DNA from: an uncultured bacterium | Lineage (GTDB): Bacteria; Acidobacteriota; Aminicenantia; Aminicenantales; UBA4085 | Length of the DNA stretch: 64,000 bases | Assembly: GCA_937868205.1 (NCBI GenBank) | Contig: CALMMC010000124.1 | Coordinates: 33,046 to 97,045, forward strand | Reading direction: 5' to 3' | Part shown: positions 26,762 to 36,413 of the stretch, in pieces | Layout: each line of letters opens with the position of its first letter | Position numbering within the stretch: position 1 is the stretch's first letter | Notes under the pieces: model-generated | Seen by the model: the letters and a program-made list of their open reading frames with translations, nothing else | Told to the model about the DNA's origin: nothing | The model's database searches: none | Program-made: the position numbers and the translations under genes

Positions 26762-28021
26762 ATGATGAAAATCATCCGTGATTTCGTCTCCGGACGCCCG
26801 GCCGGCGACGTCGTTCTCGCTTCCGCCCTGGCCGCCGCCCTCCTTTTCTCCATGATTTCCATCAGCTTAGCCCAAGGATTCCTGGCGATCGCCCTGATCG
26901 TCTGGCTCATCCTTCTTGCCCGGGGAAAACGCAGGTTCGAGACGCCGGTCTTCTTTTGGGCCTTGGCGGCTTACGCCGGTCTTTCGCTCCTTTCCTCGGC
27001 CGCTTCGGTCAACCCTCGGATCAGCTTTTGGGACTCGCGGGATCTCCTGCTCATCCTGGCCGTCCCGGTCACCCTCGCGGCCGTCCGCCGCCGGGCCGAC
27101 CTCACGCTCGCTCTGTCGGCTTTATTTTTATCGGCGGCCGTCAACGGCGTTTACGCCGTCTTCTGCCGCTTTGCGACGACGGCCGAGCGGATCCGGGCGT
27201 TCATGGGTCATTACATGACCCAGGCCGGCCTCACGGCCTTGTTCATCTCCCTGGTTCTGGGCTTGCTGTTCGCCGGATTCGGCCGGAGAAAAAGCGCGGC
27301 CGCCGGGCGCGCCGAGGTCAAGGGAATCCGGATCGAGCGGGCCGTTCTGGCGGCCGGTTTTCTTCTGGCCTCGGCGGCCAATATTCTGACATACACCCGG
27401 GGTGCTTGGATCGGGCTGGCGGCCGCCCTGGCCGTCGCCGTCTTTCTCTGGAAACCCAAGGCCTTGATTCTCCTGCCCGTGATCGCCGCCCTCGGATTCC
27501 TGGCCGCCCCCAAGCCGGTCAAAGACCGCGCCCTGAGCATTTTCACGATGCGCGACGATTCGAATGTCGCCCGCGTCCAGTATTTCAAGGCCGGGGTTAA
27601 GATCATCTCCGATTACCCCCTCCTGGGAACCGGACCGGACACCGTCGACATGGTCTTCCAGGACGAAAAGTACGGGCTCGGCTACTTGGCGAAACACAAT
27701 GTCCATCTGCACAGCAACATCATTCAGATCGCGGCCGAACGCGGCCTGGTCACGCTGGCCGCCTGGCTCGCGTTCATCGGCCTGGCCCTGGCGGGCCTCG
27801 GGCGCCTTTGGCGCCTCCCCGAGACCGGCTTCTCCTTTTGGGCCGCCCGGCGGAAGCTCGCCGCCGGCGGCCTGGCCGCCCTGACCTCTCTCTTTGTCGC
27901 CGGATTTTTCGAATACAACTTCGGCGACTCGGAAATCGCCCAGCTCCTTTTCATTTTGATCACCCTGCCTTTCGCCGCCCGACGGCTCGAACGGGAATCC
28001 CATGAATCCGCGCCGTCTTGA
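26762..28021 (+). CDS. O-antigen ligase (WaaL / Wzy_C family)
   Basis: About 10-12 TM helices with a large periplasmic loop containing the Wzy_C-like region (TYTRGAWIGLAAALAV); genomic context next to the heptosyltransferase. Confidence 0.7.
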   Translation: MMKIIRDFVSGRPAGDVVLASALAAALLFSMISISLAQGFLAIALIVWLILLARGKRRFETPVFFWALAAYAGLSLLSSAASVNPRISFWDSRDLLLILAVPVTLAAVRRRADLTLALSALFLSAAVNGVYAVFCRFATTAERIRAFMGHYMTQAGLTALFISLVLGLLFAGFGRRKSAAAGRAEVKGIRIERAVLAAGFLLASAANILTYTRGAWIGLAAALAVAVFLWKPKALILLPVIAALGFLAAPKPVKDRALSIFTMRDDSNVARVQYFKAGVKIISDYPLLGTGPDTVDMVFQDEKYGLGYLAKHNVHLHSNIIQIAAERGLVTLAAWLAFIGLALAGLGRLWRLPETGFSFWAARRKLAAGGLAALTSLFVAGFFEYNFGDSEIAQLLFILITLPFAARRLERESHESAPS

Positions 28022-29216
28022 AAAGAAAAGACGATGGGGCCGCCTCCTTCGGATCGTCCTCGGGACGGCGTTCGCCGTCTATCTCGCCTGGCTGGCTCTT
28101 GAAATCCTGTCGTATCGGAAATACGAGGCGCCGCCGAAGCCCGCCCGGACCGAGAGGACGATGGTTCCGCCCGGCGGCCCGGCGGAGGCCTCTCCCCTTT
28201 CCGCCGCCCCCCCGGAACCCGTCGAGCTCCGCGGCGCTTATCACCTCCATTCCCGGCATTCCGATGGATCGAAGACCCCCGCCGAGCTGGCCGCGGCGGC
28301 CGAACGCGCGGGCTTGGATTTCATCATTCTCACCGACCACGGCGTTCCCAATCTCGCTTCCCTCGAGGCCCAGGGGCGCGCCGGCCGGATCCTGGTTATC
28401 GCCGGTACCGAAATCTCCTCCAGCCGCGGTCATTTAGTCGCCCTGGGCTTTGACCCGCCCGCCCGGCCGTTCTCCCAGGAAGCCGGGGCGGCCGCCCGCG
28501 AAGTCCATGCCCAAGGCGGATTCACCGTCATCGCCCATCCCTATTCCAAAACCCGCTGGTCCTGGGGAAGCGCGAAGGACGCCGACGGGCTCGAGATCAT
28601 CAATCTTGACGGCGATCTTCGCCGGGGATGGGGCACCGCCCTGTTTTACGCCCCCGTCCTTCTCGTCAAACCCACGCTGGCCCTTCTGAAAATCCTGGAT
28701 CCTCCGACGGCCGCGGCCGGCAAGTGGGACCGGATTCTGGCCGAAACCGAAGAGCGCCTCGATCCCCCCGTCGCCGGATATTACAGCCTCGATACGCACC
28801 GTGTTCTCCACGAGACGGCCTTCGGCGTTCTCAACCTCCACATCCAGCTTGATTCCCTCATCCCCGCCGACGATGCCGCGGCGTCCCGGGCCGTGCTTGA
28901 CTCCCTCCGCCGCGGCCGGTTTTACAACGCCGTCGACGCCGCCGCCGATCCGGCGGGCTTCCGGTTCTGGGCCGAGGGCGGGCCGACGGCTCCCGCGACT
29001 CTCCACGTCCGCGCCCCTTTTCCCTTCGCCCATGAAATCCGCCTCCTGCGGCGGGGAGAGCCGGTCGCCGCCGGAACCGGGCCGGAGCTCGTCTTCAACG
29101 CCCGGGAACCGGGCGCCTACCGGGTCGAAGTGCATCTTCGGGCCCGGACGCCGCTCCCTCGCGGCGTTCCCTGGATTTGCAGCAATCCCATCATTGTTCG
29201 AAAGGAAGTCCCATGA
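28002..29216 (+). CDS. Membrane-anchored PHP-domain metallophosphoesterase
   Basis: N-terminal TM; PHP motifs GAYHLHSRHSDG, FIILTDHG, ISSSRGHLVALGF, VIAHP. Confidence 0.7.
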   Translation: MNPRRLEKKRRWGRLLRIVLGTAFAVYLAWLALEILSYRKYEAPPKPARTERTMVPPGGPAEASPLSAAPPEPVELRGAYHLHSRHSDGSKTPAELAAAAERAGLDFIILTDHGVPNLASLEAQGRAGRILVIAGTEISSSRGHLVALGFDPPARPFSQEAGAAAREVHAQGGFTVIAHPYSKTRWSWGSAKDADGLEIINLDGDLRRGWGTALFYAPVLLVKPTLALLKILDPPTAAAGKWDRILAETEERLDPPVAGYYSLDTHRVLHETAFGVLNLHIQLDSLIPADDAAASRAVLDSLRRGRFYNAVDAAADPAGFRFWAEGGPTAPATLHVRAPFPFAHEIRLLRRGEPVAAGTGPELVFNAREPGAYRVEVHLRARTPLPRGVPWICSNPIIVRKEVP

Positions 29217-30190
29217 CCACGATTTCTCTGTCCCTTCCCAAGGCCCGCCGGGCCGTTCTCGGGTTCCGCAACCGCCGGGTGCTCGTCCTCGGCGACCTGA
29301 TGCTCGACAAATACATTTGGGGCAGCGTTTCCCGCATATCCCCGGAGGCGCCCGTGCCGGTCGTTGAAGTCCAGAGAAGCACCACCGCCCTGGGCGGGGC
29401 GGGCAACGTCGCCCACAACCTGGAAGCCCTGAAAGCGGCCCCCCTGCTGGTCGGCGTCGTCGGGGACGACGAGGAGGGGCAGTGGATCAAGAAACACGTT
29501 CCGGACGGACGGGGGATCTTTCTCGACCCTGAACGGCCGACGACGGTCAAAACCCGGATCATCGCCCAGCACCAGCAGGTCGTCCGGGTGGACCAGGAAA
29601 AAAAGCAGGCCATTCCCGTGGGGATGGAGGACCGGATCGTCCGGCTCATCAAAAAGGAAAAATACGCCGGGATCATCATCTCCGACTACTGCAAGGGAAT
29701 CGTCACCCGGCAGATGATGACCCGGGTGCTGGCCCACGCGACGGAAGCCCGCATCCCCGTTTTCGTCGATCCCAAGGTCGAGAATTTCTCCCTCTTTTCG
29801 CCGGTGACGCTCATCACCCCCAACCATCATGAGGCCGAGCGGGTCGTCCGCCATTCCTGCCGAACGGACGAGGAGGTCGAACAGGCCGGCCGGGAAATCA
29901 TGGAGATGATTTCCTGCCTTTACCTGATCCTGAAGCGGAGCGAGCAGGGAATGTCGATTTTCGAGCGGGGAAAGAAGCCCGTCCACATCCCGACGATCGC
30001 CCGCGAAGTGTTCGATGTGACCGGGGCCGGGGATACGGTCATCGCCACGGCCGCCCTGGCCATGCTCGGCGGGTTGTCGATCCGGGAAGCGGCGGTCATG
30101 GCCAACGCCGCGGCCGGCGTCGTCGTCGGCAAGATCGGCACGGCGACCTGCGCCCCCGAGGAGCTCTTAGCCGCCGTCGAAGACCATTAA
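29213..30190 (+). CDS. hldA: D-glycero-beta-D-manno-heptose-7-phosphate kinase (RfaE domain I / HldA, pfkB family)
   Basis: VLVLGDLMLDKYIWGSVSRISPEAPVPVV and GAGDTVIATAALAMLGG, the ribokinase-family anion-hole motif; ATGA overlap with the PHP gene; no adenylyltransferase domain. Confidence 0.8.
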   Translation: MTTISLSLPKARRAVLGFRNRRVLVLGDLMLDKYIWGSVSRISPEAPVPVVEVQRSTTALGGAGNVAHNLEALKAAPLLVGVVGDDEEGQWIKKHVPDGRGIFLDPERPTTVKTRIIAQHQQVVRVDQEKKQAIPVGMEDRIVRLIKKEKYAGIIISDYCKGIVTRQMMTRVLAHATEARIPVFVDPKVENFSLFSPVTLITPNHHEAERVVRHSCRTDEEVEQAGREIMEMISCLYLILKRSEQGMSIFERGKKPVHIPTIAREVFDVTGAGDTVIATAALAMLGGLSIREAAVMANAAAGVVVGKIGTATCAPEELLAAVEDH

Positions 30191-30218
30191 AGCCCGTCGA
30201 AGCGGAAGTTCCGTTCGG

Positions 30219-31262
30219 TCAACGGATCATCTTGGCTCTCCAGTCGTTGAGAAGATCGGAGAGCGTTGTTTCCAGGGGGATGCGGGGGCGCCACCCGGTC
30301 TCCCGGGTGATCTTGGCGTGGCTTCCGGAAAGAAGCGGGATATCGGACCTGCGGACCCGGGCCGGGTCGACCTCCACGACGATCTTCTCCCGGGAATCCC
30401 GAAGCAGCATCTTGAGGATCTCCCGCAGGGGACGGGCTTTGCCTGAACAAATGTTGTACGCTTCGCCGGGCCGTCCTTTCTCGATGAGCAGGGTGTACGC
30501 CCGGACGACGTCCCGCACGTCGCTGTAGTCGCGCCGGACGGAGGTATTTCCGACCTTGAGGACCCTCGAGGGTCCGCGGCCGCTCTTTTTCCCCGTCGCC
30601 GCCGCTTCGATGACGGCGATTTGACGAGCCCAGTCCGAGCAGACGAAATCCGGGCTCTGCCCCGGGCCGGTATGGGTGAACGGCCGGGCGATGACGACGG
30701 CCGTTTTTTCCGCCCGGGCGTAAAGCGCGGCCAGGGCTTCGGCGCTCAGCTTCGTGAAACCGTACGGGCTGGCCGCGTTCAACGGAAATGTTTCCCGAAG
30801 CGGCATCCTCCGGGACGGCTGGTTTCCGTAGACATCCGAGGAGCTGATGATCAGGAGTCGGGCTTCCGGAGCCCGAAGCCGGGCCGCCTCGAGGAGGTGG
30901 AACGTCCCCATCAGGTTCGTCTCGATCGTTTCCCGCCGCTGGTTCCAGGAAGCCCGGACCTGGGAGATGGCGGCCAAGTGGAAAATCCGGTCGGGCCGGC
31001 AGGCGGCCACGGCGGCCGAAACGGCGGCCGCGTCGCGGAGATCAAGCGGAAGGAGGGTCACCCGGGGGGCCGCGGCCCGGAAATCAGGGCATTCCTCCGG
31101 GCGCTCGGGATAACACGTGCCGGTGATTTGGAGCCGGGGGTGGCGCCCCGCCTTTTCCTCCGCCTCGAGACGGGTGATGAGATGGCGGCCGACGAAACCC
31201 GTCGCTCCGGTGATGAGAACGCGGAGGGTTTTCCGAGGTCGCGGCGAAGCGGCGGACGTCAT
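30219..31262 (-). CDS. NAD-dependent epimerase/dehydratase, GDP-4-keto-6-deoxymannose reductase (Rmd/Fcl)-like
   Basis: VLITGATGFVGRHL Rossmann motif, catalytic YxxxK (SPYGFTK); start taken at the internal ATG. Confidence 0.65.
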   Translation of the reverse strand: MTSAASPRPRKTLRVLITGATGFVGRHLITRLEAEEKAGRHPRLQITGTCYPERPEECPDFRAAAPRVTLLPLDLRDAAAVSAAVAACRPDRIFHLAAISQVRASWNQRRETIETNLMGTFHLLEAARLRAPEARLLIISSSDVYGNQPSRRMPLRETFPLNAASPYGFTKLSAEALAALYARAEKTAVVIARPFTHTGPGQSPDFVCSDWARQIAVIEAAATGKKSGRGPSRVLKVGNTSVRRDYSDVRDVVRAYTLLIEKGRPGEAYNICSGKARPLREILKMLLRDSREKIVVEVDPARVRRSDIPLLSGSHAKITRETGWRPRIPLETTLSDLLNDWRAKMIR

Positions 31263-31288
31263 GATGTTTCCCGGATCGAGGAAAGAGC

Positions 31289-32251
31289 TCAGAGGGCGGA
31301 CCGCCAGTATTCGAGGAGATCCCGCAGAGTCGTCTCGAAGGTGATTTTCGGAGACCAGCCGGTGGCCGCCTTGAACTTGGAGACGTCGGCGCACAAGATC
31401 TGGACATCGGACGGGCGCAGGCGGTCCGGATCTATCCGGACCTCGACTTTCGCCGGGCTGAGAGCGAGCAGCCGGTCGAGCAAGTCCTTCATCGAGACGG
31501 CGTTCCCCGTGCCGATGTTGTAGACCTCGCCGGACGCGCCTTTCTCCAAGGCCAGCCAGTACCCGCGCACCGTGTCCCGCACGTCGGTGAAATCGCGCTT
31601 GGCCTCGAGGTTGCCGACGTGGATGACCGGAGGGACGAGGCCCTTCTCGATCATCACGATCTGGCGGGCGAAATTGGAGGTGACGAACACCTCGCCGCGG
31701 CGGGGTCCGGTATGGTTGAAGCCGCGCGTCCGGACGACGCGGAGTCGGTAGCTTTGCCAGTACTGAAAGCCCAAGAGGTCCTGGGCGACCTTGCTGACCG
31801 CGTACGGGCTGAGCGGCCGGAGCGGATTGGTTTCCTTCATCGGGACTTCATCGGGGTGGACCAGCCCGTATTCCTCGCTCGAGCCGGCGATCTGGATCCG
31901 GGGATCGAGCTTCTCGGCCATGACCGCCTCGAACAGGTTGATCTGCCCGACGGCGTTGATCATGAACGTCTCGGCCGGAAGCTTCCAGGAGGCCGGGACG
32001 AAGCTCTGGGCGGCCAGGTGGAAGATCCGGTCCGGGCGGGCGGCGGCCAACGCTTTCCGCAGGGAGCTCATGTCCTTGAGGTCGGCTTCATAAAGGGTGA
32101 TTTTCCCCGTATGGAGGAGCGGGGCGATGTTCTCCATCCGGCTCCGCCAGCGGACGAGGCCGTGGACCTTGACGCCGGGATGATGGGCCAGGATGTACTC
32201 GGCCAAGTGGCTGCCCGCGAAACCGGTGATTCCCGTGATCAGAATGTTCAT
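31289..32251 (-). CDS. GDP-mannose 4,6-dehydratase family SDR
   Basis: MNILITGITGFAGSHLAEYIL...VHGLVRWRS resembles the GMD N-terminus; SPYAVSK catalytic YxxxK; ATGA overlap with purF. Confidence 0.65.
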   Translation of the reverse strand: MNILITGITGFAGSHLAEYILAHHPGVKVHGLVRWRSRMENIAPLLHTGKITLYEADLKDMSSLRKALAAARPDRIFHLAAQSFVPASWKLPAETFMINAVGQINLFEAVMAEKLDPRIQIAGSSEEYGLVHPDEVPMKETNPLRPLSPYAVSKVAQDLLGFQYWQSYRLRVVRTRGFNHTGPRRGEVFVTSNFARQIVMIEKGLVPPVIHVGNLEAKRDFTDVRDTVRGYWLALEKGASGEVYNIGTGNAVSMKDLLDRLLALSPAKVEVRIDPDRLRPSDVQILCADVSKFKAATGWSPKITFETTLRDLLEYWRSAL

Positions 32252-33720
32252 GTGATGTTCAACTCCATCTGGCCGGAAGACGCCTTCCGGCGCTGGTCTT
32301 CGATCGATTGAAGCATTTCGGGGGTGACGTCCCCCGTGATGTAATTTCCGTCGAAACAGGCCGCGCAGAACCGGCCGAGGTTCGGATTTTCCATCCGAAT
32401 GGCCTTGACCAGGTTCTCCTGCGTTTGATAGATGACCCGGTCCGCCCCGATCCGGAGGGCGACCTCCTCCTCGTTGCGGTCGCGGGCGACGAACTCCTTC
32501 CGGGTCTGCATGTCGACGCCGTAGACGCAGGGATAGCGAAGCGGCGGGGAGCAGGAGGCGAAATAGACGTTCCGGGCTCCGCAGTCCCGGACAAGACCGA
32601 CGATGGCCCGGGCGGTGTTGCCCCGGACAATGCTGTCGTCGACCAATAGGACGTTGCGGTCCTTGAATTCCGCGGCGATCGGATTGAGCTTGAACCGAAC
32701 CATGTTCTGCCGATCGTTGACGGCGGGCATGATGAACGTCCGGCCGATGTAGCGGTTCTTCACCAGGGCCTCGCGGTATTTCAGGTTGAGCTTTCGGGCG
32801 ATCTCGATGGCCGCGTCCCGGGCCGAGTCGGGGATCGGGACGACGATGTCGATCGGCAGCCCGGCTTTGCGGATCTCCTCGGCCAGGAGCTCGCCGAGGT
32901 GGACGCGGGCCCGGTAAACATTGACGCCGTCGATGATCGAATCGGGCCGGGCGAAGTAAACCCATTCGAACAAGCAGGGCGAATGGGGCTTGTCCCAGAT
33001 CCGCTTCATGTGGATTTCCCGGTTGTGATCGAAGAAGATCGCCGAGCCGGGAGGAATATCGCGGATGTCGCTGAAATTCATGATGTTGAGAGACACGCTC
33101 TCCGAGGCGATCGCGTAGGACGGGACGACGCCGTCGCGGCGCTGGCCCCAGGACAGCGGCTTGATCCCGAAGGGATCGCGGAAGGCCGCCATCCCCTGGC
33201 CGGCGATGTAGGCGACGACGGAGTAGCCGCCGATGACCTGTCGAAAGACGGACTCGACGGCCCGAAAGACGATCTCAGGGGTCAAGGAATCGGGATTCTG
33301 GGCTTCCAGGGCGACGGCGAACACGTTCAGGATGCTCTCGACGTCATTGTCCGAATTGAGGAGGCGATGGTGCCTCTCGGCAAGGTGCTTTTTAAGGGCG
33401 ACGTAATTCACGACGTTGCCGTTATGGGCCATCATGAGGCCGAAGGGGGCGTTCAGCTGGAAGGGTTGGGCGTCCTCGCCCCGGCCGCCGCCGATCGTCG
33501 GGTAGCGGGTGTGGCCGATTCCGATGGCCCCGGTCAGCCGCTCGGCGTGGGCGGCTTTGAAGATGTCGCGGACCAGCCCGTTGCCCTTCTTGGTGTGAAA
33601 ACGGCCGTCATAGGTGATGATCCCGGCCGCGTCCTGGCCCCGGTGCTGGATCGCCAGCAATCCCTGGTAAAGGTCCCGGAAGACCTGTCCGTTGGCCCAG
33701 ATACCGATAACGCCGCACAT
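32248..33720 (-). CDS. purF: Amidophosphoribosyltransferase
   Basis: N-terminal MCGVIGI nucleophile, Ntn glutaminase domain, PRTase motif VLLVDDSIVRGNT, and C-terminal Cys cluster for the 4Fe-4S centre. Confidence 0.95.
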   Translation of the reverse strand: MCGVIGIWANGQVFRDLYQGLLAIQHRGQDAAGIITYDGRFHTKKGNGLVRDIFKAAHAERLTGAIGIGHTRYPTIGGGRGEDAQPFQLNAPFGLMMAHNGNVVNYVALKKHLAERHHRLLNSDNDVESILNVFAVALEAQNPDSLTPEIVFRAVESVFRQVIGGYSVVAYIAGQGMAAFRDPFGIKPLSWGQRRDGVVPSYAIASESVSLNIMNFSDIRDIPPGSAIFFDHNREIHMKRIWDKPHSPCLFEWVYFARPDSIIDGVNVYRARVHLGELLAEEIRKAGLPIDIVVPIPDSARDAAIEIARKLNLKYREALVKNRYIGRTFIMPAVNDRQNMVRFKLNPIAAEFKDRNVLLVDDSIVRGNTARAIVGLVRDCGARNVYFASCSPPLRYPCVYGVDMQTRKEFVARDRNEEEVALRIGADRVIYQTQENLVKAIRMENPNLGRFCAACFDGNYITGDVTPEMLQSIEDQRRKASSGQMELNIT

Positions 33721-33757
33721 GGATCGACCTGCCTGGAATTATATCAAATCCGCCGAC

Positions 33758-34876
33758 TTATTTCCGGTCTTTATAATAGCTCTCGTAGAAGGATTTGAAG
33801 GCGGCGTTTTTTTCCTTGATCCTCGTCCACCAGGCCCGGTTATCCATGTACCACCGCACGGTCGCCTCGAGCCCTTCCTCGAAATCGACCTTCCGCTTCC
33901 ATCTCAAAGCCTTGATTTTATTGATGTTGACGGCATACCGGGTGTCGTGCCCAAGCCGGTCGGGAACGAACTTGATCAGGTCCTTGGAAGCCCCCGTGAG
34001 CTTGACGATCCTCCGGGCGACCTCGATGTTCGTCCGCTCGTCGTTGGCTCCGACGTTGTAGACCTCCCCGAGCCGGCCCCGCCGGATGAGGCATTCGATC
34101 GCCCGGCAGTTGTCCTCGACGTGCAGCCAGTCGCGGACGTTCCGGCCCTTCCCGTACAGGGGCAGCGTTCGTCCCTCCAAGGCGTGGGTGGTGAACAGCG
34201 GGATGAATTTTTCGGGATGCTGATACGGACCGTAGTTGTTGCTCGGGCGGAGGATGATCGTCGGCGCGCCGTACGTCGTGTGATAGGCCTGGACCATCCG
34301 GTCGGCTCCGACCTTGCTGGCGGCGTAGGGCGAGGAGGGATTCAAGGAATCCGTCTCCCGGAAAAAGCCTTTCTCCCGGCTGCCGTAGACCTCATCGGTC
34401 GAGATGTGGACGAAGAATTCGACGCCGGGCGCTTTGCGCAGGGCTTCAAGCAAAATATACGTCCCGAAAACGTCCGTCAGGACAAATTCCCCCGCGTCGA
34501 CGATCGACCGGTCGACGTGGGTTTCGGCGGCGAAGTGGACGACGCCCTGGACGCGTTCGAAACAACCGGCGACGAGGGCCGCATCGCGGATGTCGCCGTG
34601 GATGAATTCGTGTCGCGGATCGCATGAAACGTCGGCCAGGTTTTCCAGGTTTCCGGCGTAGGTCAGCTTGTCGAGATTGATCACGCGGAGCCCGGGATAT
34701 TCGGCCAGCATCATCCGGATGAAGTTGCTGCCGATGAAACCGGCTCCGCCGGTGACGAGAATCGTTCTCCCGTTCAAGGCGCGCTCGAGAACGGAGGGAG
34801 CCGCTTTGAGCCCGGACGCCCGGCGGCCGGCCGACGGAACGGCTTTTTTCACGGGACGGCGTTTCGTCTGCTTCAT
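33758..34876 (-). CDS. rfbB: dTDP-glucose 4,6-dehydratase
   Basis: ILVTGGAGFIGSNF, SPYAASK (YxxxK), and the RfbB-typical C-terminus; about 35-aa basic N-terminal extension; GGAGAG Shine-Dalgarno. Confidence 0.9.
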   Translation of the reverse strand: MKQTKRRPVKKAVPSAGRRASGLKAAPSVLERALNGRTILVTGGAGFIGSNFIRMMLAEYPGLRVINLDKLTYAGNLENLADVSCDPRHEFIHGDIRDAALVAGCFERVQGVVHFAAETHVDRSIVDAGEFVLTDVFGTYILLEALRKAPGVEFFVHISTDEVYGSREKGFFRETDSLNPSSPYAASKVGADRMVQAYHTTYGAPTIILRPSNNYGPYQHPEKFIPLFTTHALEGRTLPLYGKGRNVRDWLHVEDNCRAIECLIRRGRLGEVYNVGANDERTNIEVARRIVKLTGASKDLIKFVPDRLGHDTRYAVNINKIKALRWKRKVDFEEGLEATVRWYMDNRAWWTRIKEKNAAFKSFYESYYKDRK

Positions 34877-34968
34877 CTTCTTCTCTCCACGGGTCTCGTT
34901 TTGGATTCCATCCCGCCGGCGACGGGACGAGGATTCACGGCAACGACGGGAATCAAACGAATTCCGTC

Positions 34969-35424
34969 TCAGCCGTCCTTCCGCTCCCATTCATACGGTA
35001 TCTCTCCGGAATGGGGATCGAGCCGCTGCTCGTCCGGCTCCTTGTAGTTGTACGGCTCGGTCGGGACATTGACGACGATCGCTTCTTCCGGGCTCGTGCA
35101 CATCCAGCCATGGTAAACGCCGGCCGGAATATGGATGAGGAGGGGATTATGGACGCCCATGTAAAACTGGTTGATCTCGCCCTTGGTCGGCGAGCCTTCC
35201 CGGGCGTCGCAGAGGGCGACCTTGACCATCCCGTGGACGCAGGCCATGTTGTCGGCCTGCCTCTCGTGCTTGTGCCAGGCCTTGATGACGCCGGGATAGG
35301 TCGTCGTCATGTAGGCCTGGCCGAACTTCTCGAAACACTCGTCGTCGGCCCTGAAGATCTCCATCAGCCGGCCCCGCTCGTCGGGGATGACCCGGAGCTT
35401 TTTTACGCTCACGCCTTGAATCAT
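34969..35424 (-). CDS. rfbC: dTDP-4-dehydrorhamnose 3,5-epimerase-like cupin
   Basis: Cupin-fold motifs (…RGIHYH-like [13 protein letters not shown]) and short RmlC-like length; sits between rfbA and rfbB. Confidence 0.7.
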   Translation of the reverse strand: MIQGVSVKKLRVIPDERGRLMEIFRADDECFEKFGQAYMTTTYPGVIKAWHKHERQADNMACVHGMVKVALCDAREGSPTKGEINQFYMGVHNPLLIHIPAGVYHGWMCTSPEEAIVVNVPTEPYNYKEPDEQRLDPHSGEIPYEWERKDG

Positions 35425-36305
35425 GGCTTCTTTCCTCCCATCGGCTCGCGGGACAACCGGAGCAGGTACTCGCCGTAGGCGTTCGGGATGGCCTCGGCCA
35501 AACGGCGCAGTCTCTTAACGTCGATATAGCCCAGGCGAAAGGCGACCTCCTCGGGACAGGAGATCATCAGGCCTTGCCGGTCCTCGACCGCTTGGACGAA
35601 ATTGGCCGCCTGAAGAAGAGATTCATGGGTCCCGGCGTCGAGCCAGGCCGTGCCCCGCCCCATCTCCTCGACCCGGAGCTCGCCCCGCCGCAGGTAGACG
35701 AGATTAAGGTCGGTGATCTCGATTTCGCCCCGGGCCGAGGGCTTGAGGCCGGCGGCGAAATTTGAAGCCCGGCCGTCGTAGAAATAAAGCCCGGGAACGG
35801 CGAAATGCGACCGGGGCTTGGCCGGCTTCTCCTCGATGCTGACGGCCCGGCCCCGGCTGTCTAACTCGATGACGCCGTAGCGCTCGGGATCCTTCACCGG
35901 GTAGGCGAAAACGATCGCGCCGGTCTTCAGCCGGGCGCATTTCCTGAGCTGTCCGGGCAATCCGTGGCCGAAAAAGATGTTGTCGCCGAGGATCAGGCAG
36001 GACGGCTTGCCGCCGATGAAATCGCGTCCGACGAGAAAGGCGTCGGCCAGGCCCCGCGGCTCACTTTGCTCCCGGAACTCGAACCGGAGCCCCCATCGCC
36101 GCCCGTCCCCGAGGAGAGCCCGGAACGCCTCGAGCGACTCCGGCGCGGAGATCACGAGGATGTCCCGGATCCCGGCCAGCATCAGCAGGGACAGGGGATA
36201 ATAAATCATCGGCTTGTCGTAGACCGGCAGAAGCTGCTTGCTGACCGAATGCGTCAGCGGATGGAGGCGGGTGCCTTTGCCTCCGGCCAGAATGATTCCC
36301 CTCAT
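35421..36305 (-). CDS. rfbA: Glucose-1-phosphate thymidylyltransferase
   Basis: [18 protein letters not shown] nucleotidyltransferase signature; RmlA-length protein; ATGA overlap with rfbC. Confidence 0.9.
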   Translation of the reverse strand: MRGIILAGGKGTRLHPLTHSVSKQLLPVYDKPMIYYPLSLLMLAGIRDILVISAPESLEAFRALLGDGRRWGLRFEFREQSEPRGLADAFLVGRDFIGGKPSCLILGDNIFFGHGLPGQLRKCARLKTGAIVFAYPVKDPERYGVIELDSRGRAVSIEEKPAKPRSHFAVPGLYFYDGRASNFAAGLKPSARGEIEITDLNLVYLRRGELRVEEMGRGTAWLDAGTHESLLQAANFVQAVEDRQGLMISCPEEVAFRLGYIDVKRLRRLAEAIPNAYGEYLLRLSREPMGGKKP

Positions 36306-36349
36306 CGGATTGTCCTTTGCCCGGGATTCGCCCGAAAATATAACATAGA

Positions 36350-36378
36350 TTGACAGTTTTTTCCAAAACGCATAATCT
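36350..36378 (+). promoter_or_regulatory. Near-consensus sigma70 promoter TTGACA-17-TAATCT (alternatively CATAAT with a 15-nt spacer)
   Basis: Consensus -35 hexamer with canonical spacing, 36 nt upstream of the ATG at 36414, in the divergent rfbA/membrane-protein intergenic region. Confidence 0.35.
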
Positions 36379-36413
36379 GTCCATAGTCATGAAAAACGGG
36401 GCGGAACGACCGA

